A stretch of 64,000 nt of DNA from Bugula neritina (taxonomy: Eukaryota > Animalia > Bryozoa). How positions within the stretch are numbered: position 1 is the stretch's first letter; every line of letters starts with the position of its first letter. Position numbers and translations under genes: made by a program. The DNA lies in NCBI GenBank assembly GCA_964035545.1, contig OZ037766.1:15118722-15182721 (forward strand), given 5' to 3'. Below the pieces are notes generated by a model, which saw nothing but the letters and a program-made list of their open reading frames with translations, searched no databases and was not told where the DNA came from. Shown piece after piece: positions 52,806-64,000 of the stretch.

Positions 52806-55800
52806 TTGCCTCTGTACCTAAGCACTCTTTAGAAATTCAGATACAGAGAAGACAACTCTCTAAAACTTAGAACTAACATTCTGTTTACTTGACTTACCTA
52901 CAGTAAAGCATAGATCTAAAATTATTACCAGCTTTTAGTTATTAGCAAGTCTCATTGATTATATTAACCTATACTTTATACTCACCATATTCTTCAATTT
53001 TTTGATTCATTCATAGCAACAGTCATCATTCAGTGAAAGTGAGAGAAGTTGTAGTTTGACCATCCAGTACAATACTTTTATAATTAGATGATGTGTAATT
53101 CAAAATTAAATGCAAGACACTGAGTTTCAAAAGACAAATTGACATTCTATTCACTACTGTAGATGTTGAAACAGCAGTACTAAATATTCAAATAATGTTT
53201 AACAATAAGTCATGACACAACGAATGACACAATGAATGACATAACGATCAATGGATTCAAATTTTAACAATATTGTGATCATGGATATTTGTTATAATGT
53301 GACTTCATAACAATTTGATTGACTCACATGTAAAGTTAGTATGAAATTGTTTCTCCTCTGTCTCAGATTTATGCTGCTACCAGCTATAATAATATTTTTG
53401 GAATAAATAATATTAGTACATTATAATAGTTCAGATCTATCACACGTGACCACATTAAAAAATACTTCATAATTTGATATTTAAAAGGATTAATTGTTAG
53501 ATTAAAATTAAAAATTCATCTACCTGCACACGAACTCTGTAGCCAGGAGGTGTTTCTATAAAGTGGAGCTACATTATAATGTGTCATTTCTGTACCTTTA
53601 ATGCAATAATGTTTTAAATAAAAGTAATTTATGAAGCAGCTATGGAAAAATATATATATGTATAATAAATGTACCACTAAATAATATCACATAGCAGCAA
53701 TATTATAGACCTACTATAAAACTGCATGTGTTAATATTATTTGTACTGAAACAAAGTATGACTATATATTTAGCTATTTCATGCCTTAACATAAAAACAG
53801 AAGCCTACTTATTTAAGCATTGAATAGCAGTTGTGTGCACTTTTTTCTAGAACCAGAAATACACCCATCTCATTGTTGTGTGCAGCAGAGTAGAAAAGTA
53901 AGCAAAGAACCTGCTATATACTCTTGTGGGCGATATCTTAATTTGCCCATGCAGAATTGTGGCACCAACGAGCAGTTGCCTTCATTATAATATAAACAAA
54001 GATGGCAACTTGAAAAAACCTCAAGCGAAGGAGATGAGGCTTATTAATACCAAATAGAGGCTGGAATCAGAAGGAGCATCAGCCAGTATTATATAACCTC
54101 TGTGTATATGTGCATGTGCTTGTGCATGTGCAGTTATATACGTATGAATTTCAAAAAACAAGAGCATTACCAATGAACTATAGTTTCAGTTCGGTGAGCG
54201 TCACAACAACATAAGGGTTCAAGTTTAGAGAAACATTACAGACCTGTCAACTTATTTTGTAAACGTAGATTTCATCTATTATTCAATAAATTCAGGTATA
54301 TATTATAGTAAAATAAATTGTTCCTTACTTCTATAAAAAAAATTGACAGGTTTTTACAATAGTCACATGGTGGATCACATGGTACAGTATACCAATATAA
54401 AAACTCAAATCTCCATCCCATCAGTAAAACTCTTCTGGGACATCCACAGATAACTTATTATGGTTACAACTTTTACAATAGCAGCTGTGAATGATAAAGA
54501 GCATACTGACCAACAGTAAGTATTATTGTCATCCATTACCTGTGTTATTAATACTTTTCATGCCATTGCGTTGTAAAATCACTCTTTGACTTAGTATTTA
54601 TTTACATTTTAAAAAAAGACCTGCTAAAAAATTGGTATTCAAAGTAACAAAACTGGCTTTCCATCATAAAAACGGGATGATTATTCCTCCGAATAATCAT
54701 GAAAAGTGTATTTACATAAAATTAGATGAATTTATAATAAAATTAAAATTCTTTAAGTCCACTATTCCTAATAGTGAACCATGTTTGCATGTAAAGAAGT
54801 GCAAAACTTTAGAAAACTTAAAAACTCATGCAAGGAGGTTTATTGACAAATCAATTGAATTTTATGATAAAATTGACTAAAGTGCGTTAGCTGAATGTAT
54901 TGTACATAATGATATATGTGTCAATGCACGCAACAATGGAACACCATTTTTGTTGTCAGTTATAGAGAACTGGAAAATATGTGCACCAAGCTTACTAGTA
55001 CAACAATAAATACATTTGGTCATTAAATATATATCTCAACTTCAAGCAATGGACCTTGGGACAAACGAAAGAGAGTACTTCAGGATGAACAAAGCACTTC
55101 TTAGATTTATTTATTATTCTGTGTTGCTTTCCATGAGAAATTATGTCAACTGTAAATGTTTTGTAGTGTTTGATAATGTTATTACAATGTTCATACTTGC
55201 ATATACTCAACATTCTCTTGCCTTTACTGTTGTCTGCTTACTTTAATTAATAAAGTAATAAAAACAGAATGTTTCTCGTTTACCTATTTATAATTAAATT
55301 ACTAGCCCATAAAGATATTTTTAAATTATATATAATATATATATTTTGCTTCACACCTGCTTTGCAAAATATTAATTGCATAAAAGGTACAGAAATGACA
55401 CATTATAATGCGACTCTACTCTATAGGAATATCTTCTGGTTAACAATTTTGTGTGCAGGTTGATAAATTTTTAATTTTAATCTCAAGATATTTTAATAAT
55501 CCCTTTAGATATTCAAGTGTAGACTTGTATAATTTTAATGTAGTCCTGCATGTGTGATAGATATGAACTATATATAATAATACACATGTATTTTCTATTG
55601 CTAGAAGACCATTTTGTTGCTATCACAGTAGTACAAACCTGAGACAGGGAGGAAAAATTTTATACTGTAATAAAGTGAGCAAAATTTTTATCAAATCACA
55701 TAAACAACAAATTATGAACATTTGAATCGATGGACCATTGTGTCATCCATTGTGTCATTCGTTGTGTCATGACTTATTGTTGAATATTATTTGAATATTT

Positions 55801-56022
55801 AGTACTGCTGTTTCAACATCTACAGTAGTGTATGGAGAGTCAGTTGGTATTTCAAAACTATACAGTATGTTGTATTTAATTTTGAACCACACATCAGTTG
55901 GTAACAATGTTGGATCCGTGCATCACTGTGGGTGAGTCAAGTAAAAATAATTGTAGTTATTTCTGGTTTTGGGAAAGTTGTCTTTTCTGTACTCGAGTCT
56001 CTCAATATTTAGGTGAAAAGAC
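52806..56022. repeat. Long inverted duplication: arms ~52806-53615 and ~55365-56022
   Basis: For example CACTACTGTAGATGTTGAAACAGCAGTACTAAATATTCAAATAAT (~53152) is the reverse complement of ~55786-55830. Further matching blocks at ~53490-53615/55365-55490 and ~52810-52875/55955-56022. Confidence 0.9.
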
Positions 56023-57576
56023 AAAGTTAAACAAAATTATTTCGTTTTAAACATATGCTTCTACGTGGCGTCTTTCATATATCCATTATGTAATTTTTCT
56101 TGTTTCTGAGTTTTAACAAGTTTAAAGAGAGATACTTCTAGCTGTAAATAAATCAATAATTATGAAACTAAGTAATCAGTACAATATATGCATATTTTAT
56201 AAAACCAGTAACCAATATTTTTAAACGATAGAATTGAAAAACGATCAACCTAGGTACATTATAACCCTTTGTATGGTCTGCAAACCAGTTATACAAGTAA
56301 TTAGTATAGTAAATGAATGTGACCATAGTATGATGCTGCATGAATTACCTATCTAAAAAGTCTATCATCAATGTTGTGTATATGTAAGTAGCTTCAGTCT
56401 AGTATAATTATCGTGTCATAAAATGTTCATATACTTCTTCAAAGTTTTTTAGAAAAAGGCCTTAAAATAATATTTATGTCAACAAAAATGTATAAAATTT
56501 AGAGTTAAATTAACTGTAAAATATAAATTGAAAAAATATACGTGTTTTTCAATTGACTATTTTAATCAGCAAAACTAAATATTACTTAAAACAAACACAT
56601 TATTAGATATGCAAATGAGTTATTCTGTTTTAGATATAATCTCAAAAATATGAAAAATTCCCCGCATGCAGTCTGAATTGATGGATGCCAATGCATGATC
56701 AGCATATTCAACTCAAATTATTTTATCAGAATAGTTGAGAGCGGCCATACATCAATCCAAGTTCAAGCAGTAGAGTAGAGCTTATGATGGCAATTTTTAC
56801 TTACTTGTAATTCATTTGCAACCTACATAAACAGTGGGCTGCCAACATGCAAGAATGGGCGAGTGGATCAGATTATTATTACCTTTTTTGCTATAGATCA
56901 CGCCAAGCCAAGACTCTGCTGATTTCAGTAACTTTCAAGTAACTTATTTGTATTTAGGAGAGGGGGGGGGGGATTTCGTGCATGAAAGAGGTGAATTGTC
57001 AAGGAAGTGCAATAAACTTCTAAATGTGTAATGATTTGATTAATTTAAGTTTTTTATTCAAAGTAATAATTTGAATTTTGAAAATTTTGAAATTTCATAG
57101 ATGCATAACACTTCTTAAACATATTATGTTCAAAAATTATGACTAAAATTGTCAGGTATTAAATGATAATTGAATTACATTATATGGAAAACAAAAGGAA
57201 TGCTTTCACAGTTTGTTGCACAGTTCCAGGCTGACTTTATTTTTCATCATAATTCTTTCCATACACAAAATGTGAAGCGTCATCCATTATGTTTGTTGCA
57301 GGAGCTTTTTTGGTAGCTTTCAGAAAGCTGATGTGTAACGAAAGCTTTTTGTGAAAGCTTTCGCGATAGCTATTTGCTGGCTGTTTTTATTCAATGAGTC
57401 AGTGTAGCTCAATTTTCCTCCTGCTAAAGATGCAGGCAGCTTATACGTTATTGTCAAAATAGTTGTAAGTATCAAGTATTATATTATCTTTTGTTTTGAA
57501 CTTCATTAACTAAATGTTTTGTCAACTCTGTATTAATGTTAAGTTAACAATATGTTTGTAATTTTTATGGTTATAT

Positions 57577-58660
57577 GTTACAGTATGAGTATGAGTCTAA
57601 GTACGAATGTGAGCTCAAGCCTAAGTCTAACTTAGAAAATATACTGTTGGCAATAGACAAAAAATAGAGTTGTGGCCTGCTTCTGTGTCCTCCATCCATT
57701 TACCCTTCATTAAGTGAATCACAATGCATAGGCATCCGTGCCAAACAGCACCCGTGCTGACGCAGCAACAATTATCAGCTGATACAGTAACCATTATCAG
57801 CTGATATGATGTTGTCAGAATGGCAGATCCGTTTTACAATATGAAAAAAATTATGAAGCAGTTTTCTCATTACTCAATAATAAAAATATTACATCTCTAT
57901 TATGAGTTTGAAAGATGATACAACATAATATATTATGTTAAACTTATGATGGGTCGTTTTGTTATTAATTGTGACTTCCAACTAGCGCTTTTTACTCACC
58001 TGCTGTATGAACTACGTAATCACCATCTTAATCAAGTAATTTACCACTTTGCATTGACGAAAGTGGTGTTACTGCATGGTGTTACTATGAGACACACGTT
58101 TTTCACTCCATCACTTTCGATAGCTGACTCAAAGCTGAAGGCCGGCATGACTTTTGACATTTTCCATTTTTATCTCTTAACATAATTTCAAAGCCATGTT
58201 TTGCTATCACTTATTGTTCGTCATTCGAAAAGTTAACATCTAGCTTTACTTTTTTCTTTTTTACACTAAAACTGCATTATTTGCACCTCACCAGGATTGC
58301 ATTTTCTGACTAAAATCTATTTGATTCAGTGTCAGCTATGGACTCAGTGTCACCTTCTACTGCTCTTTCAAAACTGGTATTGGCCAATCCTTGGTTGAAA
58401 ATGGGAAATTCTGTGTTCATTTCTCAACCAAATAACAATGTAAATGGTGAAACACCAGTGCAATGAGTAGTTAACCTATATGAAATTAGCAACTTTCTTA
58501 ACTCCGTCCTCAAATTCCTGCTATCCTCGCGTGCTATTATTACCTGAGACTTTAATATTGTTCCGTGCTACCTTTTTAATTTTCATTTTCCTTTAATTTT
58601 GTCGTATGCTTAGACTTCAATGGCATGTGTACAAGCACCATTGTCTATAACAAATAGTAT
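57577..58660 (-). mobile_element. Gypsy remnant: integrase C-terminus plus probable 3' LTR
   Basis: Minus-strand translation ...RNLRTELRKLLISYRLTTHCTGVSPFTLLFG*EM resembles the integrase YRxTPHxxTGxSPxxLLFGR motif. A TG...CA bounded segment at ~57577-57893 follows a short purine tract. Confidence 0.6.
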
Positions 58661-58689
58661 GGTTTCACCTAATATGAATGGCTAACATA

Positions 58690-58693
<4 letters not shown>

Positions 58694-58741
<48 letters not shown>
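58694..58741. repeat. (TA)n microsatellite
   Basis: Direct observation. Confidence 0.98.
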
Positions 58742-58746
<5 letters not shown>

Positions 58747-59476
58747 GAAATAAAATGAGATTTGATTAATATAATGGCATTTATTACTAGTAGTTTCTAC
58801 ACAAGAATGATGTGCACTCGTCAGATAAATTTGCCACTATGATTGCTTACAACTATAAATAATGTAATATGTAAATATACACAGAATAAAGCTAGAAGGT
58901 CAAAATATAACAAAGAGGTAGCATTGGAAGTGATTGGCTATGTTACAGCATTCTTGAGTAGAAATTTACTACTATGTCTGCATATGGATAAAAAGTCATT
59001 GCGCTTATTGAGGGAAGACAACTGTGGCTTATAAAGAATGAAATATTTTTCCCATGAGCATAACTGACAGTTTTTAGTGATGTTGTTATATGGTTGAGCT
59101 TTTCTGAGAATTTTCCAGGATATGGTAAAATCCAGACTTTTGTCTTTTAAGGTCCAGATGTGTTTGCTCAACTCAGTTTGCAAGTGCTTGGTTAGGTGTC
59201 TGAAGGAAGCAAGGTGGTTGTAGTATCTTGCCTTGAATGCAGTGGAGGAAATTCCTACATATGTTTCGACAGTATCGTTTGATGGGACGGATACTTTGGC
59301 CTGGTACACAATGTTTGGGGTGGTGCATTCTCCTGGAAGCGGGCAGGTCTCTACATTTCTACAGTTACAGCCTGCCTGTGATATAGGGGCGGTGTTGCAT
59401 TTAGTAACACTTTTGTTGTGAGCAGTGATGGTCTGCTCCAAATTTGGGCAGCAACTGTAGCTGAGTTTGAGTGTGT
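58742..59476 (-). mobile_element. 5'-truncated Hydra-type Penelope-like element with an intact GIY-YIG domain, flanked by (TA)n
   Basis: ORF 58938-59441: [24 protein letters not shown]...[16 protein letters not shown]...TELSKHIW...CQLCSWEK...LNKR; 3' hammerhead; (TA)n on both sides. Confidence 0.92.
58776..58835 (-). ncRNA. Intact type I hammerhead ribozyme
   Basis: Minus strand reads GGCAAATTTAT-CTGACGA-G-TGCACA[tcattct]TGTGTA-GAAA-CTACTAG-TA-ATAAATGCC. Full core and GUA cleavage triplet; predicted cut between 58785 and 58784. Confidence 0.88.
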
Positions 59477-59675
<199 letters not shown>

Positions 59676-59699
59676 TTAATCCAATACGCCCTAGGGCAT

Positions 59700-60165
59700 T
59701 AAATGGATATGCATATAGGTTTCATACTAAAATCATCAAACAGGCATAACAGGTTTAAATGGTACAGGGAGAGTAAAATGTTTGGCTACATTAGTGAATA
59801 TCTTGCCCTTCAAGTATAGGTTTCATTCTGTTGTAAAAAGAAAACTTAAATTGGTCTAGACCAAAATGTGGGTCGAGTGTTCCCCGACGTGTTAAATATG
59901 AAGTAATAAAAGAAATATAATCAGTAAGCTGTACTTCATATAAACCAAACTCAATTTTTTTTAGAAAGTTCAAATCTAGGTGTTGTCTTCTATCTTTGAT
60001 TTGTTCTATATTGTTTTTTATCATGCACTCTGAAACACTCTCCACAGGACCGAGTCTGTACGCCCACTTAACAGCCCGTCTCTGAACTGTTTCCACCTTG
60101 TCTATTAATGTTTTAATGTAGGGTGACCATACCTGACTAGCATACTCAAGAATTGGCATCTTTAT
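59700..60165 (-). mobile_element. 5'-truncated LINE (CR1/L2-group) RT C-terminus
   Basis: PILEYASQVWSPY...VETVQRRAVKW...FKFSFYNR. Confidence 0.88.
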
Positions 60166-60250
60166 TAAATTTTTAATGTATCAGATTGATAGAAGTTAGT
60201 TTTTTTGTTTGTTTATTGCTTATTTGTATAAAATGGAAAAGAACTCTAAC

Positions 60251-62840
60251 ATCTTGATCTTGATCTTGATTGGGTTAAGTCCCAAGACCTCTCGGAGAGA
60301 GTAATTGTGGAACCCTCAGATTTATCCAGGCTCAAAAATCCGCTACTATCTCTTCCGTACGGAGCTCCCGGACAGTGCGCAACAGGAAACCCTGCAGGTA
60401 CAGGCTCGAATCGCAGGCTATAGCACTGAAAGTGTTGATACGGGTATTCATGTTATGGGTTGAGGATTTCATAAATTTAAGTGTGTTTTTTACGGTTGGA
60501 AATAAATCATTATTAGCAGCAATACGACACAACAAAGAAATTCTCTGTGACTGTCTGCGCTTTCTTAATGTCTCTAGTTCTAGGTCAAATTTGGCATCTG
60601 TTACCGATACTTCTCTACCCTTTAAATTTTTAATGAACTGTACAGCCCTATTTTGGGTAACTTCTAATTTTGTTATTAGATGTTTATTGCATAGGTCCCA
60701 TACTTCAGCAGCATATTCTAGGAGAGGTCTACAAAGAGTTTTATACGCAAGAATTATAACATTTTCTGGGGCATTTCCTAGTGTGAGCTTGATTAAACCT
60801 AATACTCCGTATGCCTTTGATATGATATTTTCGACATGCTTATTCCATTTCAAATCTGCTGATAGCAATATTCCAAGGTATTTTACAACTCCAACTCTAT
60901 TCAGGGGATCTTCTCCTAATTTATAAGTAAAGACATTTTCCATATTTTTTGTTTTCTTACCAAAAGTGATGACATTACTTTTCTTTGAGTTGAACTTCAT
61001 ATTGTTTTCTTTTGTCCACCTATAAAGTCTAGAAAAATCTCCCTGTAGTTTATGATGATCATTTGAATCAGTAATGGGCAGATAAACAAGAGTGTCATCA
61101 GCAAAAAGCCTGATTGTACTATGTTTAACGCAGTTTACAATGTCATTAATAAACAAAACAAATAATGTTGGACCCAGCACACTTCCTTGTGGAACCCCAG
61201 AAGTCACTGGTGCTAAGTCCGAAGATACCCCGTCAATGACCACTCGTTGTGAGCATCCAGTTAAGAATGATGAAACCCATCGAATAATACAGGGATTTAT
61301 TTTTAACAATATCAATTTCTTTACAAGAATATGATGGTCAATTACATCAAAGGCTTTAAAAAAATCTAGCACAACTGCATCTACAAAATGTCCTTTATCT
61401 ATATGTCTTGATATATCGTGGTTGACAGTAGCAAGCTGAGTAACACATGAAAATTTGCGGCAAAAACTATGTTGGTTTTATGTATAAATTTTTCAATTGT
61501 GTGTTTAAATGATGCAGAACTACATGTTTAAGAATTTTACAACAAATTCACGTTAGTGATACTGGTCGATAGTTGGAAGCTAGAGTGCGGTTACCCTGTT
61601 TAAACACAGGTGTTACATTTGCAGTCTTCCAGTCATCCGCCACTATTCCTGTATTGAGTGAATGATTGAAAATACACACCAGTATTTCTGCTGTTCAATC
61701 AATGTTCACTGCGAGATAGTTCTTTGTAAATCCATCTACTCCAGGAGCTTTACCTTGTACAAGTTGTCTCAGCAGGTTCACAACTCCTTCTTTAGTTACC
61801 ACTATATTATCTTTCTCAGTGACTGATAGTGATTCTGGTAGAGGTGATGAAGTGGTTAATACACTGTAAAAGAAACCATTCAGAGTGTTAGATATCTTAG
61901 TTTTATCATACGTCAAGATACCATCATTGTTTTCTATGGAAGTAATCTCATTATCAGTCCCTTTTAGATCTTTAACATATTTGTTTAACAGTTTTGTGTA
62001 GCCACTGAAAAAAGGTTAGTATAGACGATTCACAAGCAAAGATGCTTTCAGTTTTCTAAATAATTTTTTATTATGGCGAGGTAATTCTTTATATTTAGCC
62101 AAGTGATCAGCATCACCAAATTTTTGAAAGCGGTTGTAAAACTTTCGCTGTTTCTTACATGCCTGTTTGGCTTCATGATTAAACTAGAGAGGCTCATGTA
62201 GATTTCTAGACTTGCGTTGTTTAGTTGGGACATATGAATTAACAGGTCTATGTAATTCAGTCTTAAATGTATTCTATATAACATTATTATCATATTTCAA
62301 CATTACTTTGTTTTTAATAGTATAAAGCAACTCATCTAGACCAGTTGTAAACCCGCTGAGTTCGATTTTGTAAAATAGCTTGATTGGGGGGGGGGGGGAT
62401 AGATGGTTTCTTCTTCTGTTCAACTTCACCAGTCAAGACCGTTTCTCTCATGAAATGGTCGCTAATACCCCGTGTTATTACATTTGTGCTTTGAACTTTG
62501 TATGACAAGTCAGTACAGATGAGATCTAATATATTGCCTGCTATGTGCGTAGATTTATGAACAAGTTGTTTCAAATGATTATCATTTAGAAAATTACAAA
62601 AGTCAGTATAGTATGTCCTCCAACAAATTGAAAGACCAGTATCTTCCCAATAGAGGGGTTTCAGACATCCCTCCAGAGGAATTTGTATTTTAAAGTTGTC
62701 TCCCCCTACAGGTATTAGGGGCAGTCTCAATGATATATAGAAGGCCCATAAAATAAGTAGAGATATATGGTTTGAGTGAAGACTACTACTAGTATAAGTT
62801 TCATTTTTTCTGAGATTATTATTTTGGCATAGGTACACAT
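60251..62840 (-). mobile_element. LINE (CR1/L2-group) ORF2: decayed endonuclease plus largely intact RT; 3' tail (ATCAAG)n
   Basis: GNILDLI, ISDHF, KAPGVDG, NYRPVSLT, LDFFKAFD, SGVPQGSVLGPTLF, LFADD, KYLG and RPLLEYAAEVWD; tandem ATCTTG at 60251-60270 marks the 3' end. Confidence 0.93.
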
Positions 62841-63050
62841 ATGAGCAGTTTCAGAATTTTTAAAAAAAAATTTGTTAATGATAAATGGCACAGAAAGAAA
62901 ACTTCAAAGCATATTTGTGGTTTTGGTTATTGAGCAAATCTGAAGCTGGCAGCTGTCATTATTATTTGCTTTGCTGACTGTAACCAGTCTGGTTAGAGCT
63001 GCTAACCTTTCAACTCTTAGAACAATAATAACATGCTCGTAAACTATCAC

Positions 63051-64000
63051 GGGCTTTCCATGTACCGATCTCAGATCGATCTTGCTGAGATCGATCTGAG
63101 AAATGTGCTCAGATCGATCGTTTTTCCATGGGAGTGTCAGATCGATCTCGCGAAGTTGCCTCCTCCTAAATGAAGAATACTTTAAAAGTATATTTTGTTT
63201 ACCTATTTGAGTGATTAAAGCTACTACTGTTGAAAACAAGATGGTCGTAGTCTAAAATCTAATCCTAGCTATAAACTATACGCAGCAAAGCTTTCAGTGT
63301 ATGGTAAATTGGCCAATTTAAAATAATTAATTTTAATTTTTTAGCTTGACAGCTTATATAGAATTAATGGCTGTCTTGCAGATTATTAATAAACTTACAG
63401 GACTGTTAGGCTTAAAATTACAAAGAAAATAGCTAATGAAACTAAGTTTTAATAGTCATTTAAATTTAATTTAAATTCTCCCATTTTTTTTACCTTCTGC
63501 TGCATGTAATTGAGTTTTCCTAATCATTGTACTGAAAGTCAAAGTTTTGGCATCTGAAAAGGTGGCTATTGTGGTGGTTCGTGGAACTACCAGCAGCACA
63601 ACATGTAGGGTCGCGTAATTGACCCGGAACAATGGATAGCCAATTAGCGTAGTTGATAGTTAGCAGCAATTGTAGTTTCCCGCTGCTAACTCAGTCGAAG
63701 CTAGAGTGTGAAATAGATTAGATGTGTAACTTGTTTGGAAATAATGTATCGTTTTTATAATGTATAGTTGTGTGTAAAATATACTCGTTCACTCGACTTA
63801 TCCTGGTGCAGTTCTATAGTAAATAGATAGACTCTCTGGATAGCACATCAACCCTAAAACTGAAAATCTTAACACTATTATAATTATTAAATACTTTGCT
63901 TAGTAATTATCAATAAGTTATCATTTTTATTAGCAGACAACATTGTAGCGCGCAGTCTTTTTCTACTTCTCAGATCGATCTGGGGTCTTTCCATGGTCTT
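63051..64000. mobile_element. Probable non-autonomous DNA transposon with AGATCGATC-rich inverted termini; right end runs off the window
   Basis: Cluster of AGATCGATC and CCATG motifs at 63051-63157, mirrored at 63963-63997 (CTACTTCTCAGATCGATCTGGGGTCTTTCCATGG). Confidence 0.5.

Overview
AT-rich animal (probably invertebrate) genomic DNA. Bases 1-34852 on the minus strand hold the 5' two-thirds of one giant, intron-dense gene. It is a clear RNF213/mysterin-family AAA+ ATPase / E3 ligase: N-terminal zinc ribbon, disordered arm, stalk, dynein-like six-AAA core and the start of the E3 module. I traced about 68 GT-AG exons, found no disablement at the junctions I phase-checked, and the gene runs off the left edge. 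The most unusual feature is a 210-nt symmetric (phase 2-2) exon at 4119-4328. It inserts an extra RING-finger domain right after the AAA core, where vertebrate RNF213 has none. The 5' region carries a mirrored ISRE-like pair, kappaB-like sites and a CpG-rich intronic island, suggesting immune-inducible control. Bases ~37-64 kb are a transposon graveyard: Penelope-like elements (Hydra-type and Penelope/Poseidon-type) with one intact and two decayed hammerhead ribozymes, several Gypsy remnants including an in-frame gag-RT deletion fusion and a solo LTR with a 4-bp TSD, two LINEs, a long inverted duplication and minisatellites. All homology calls are from my recall of motifs; no database search was run.
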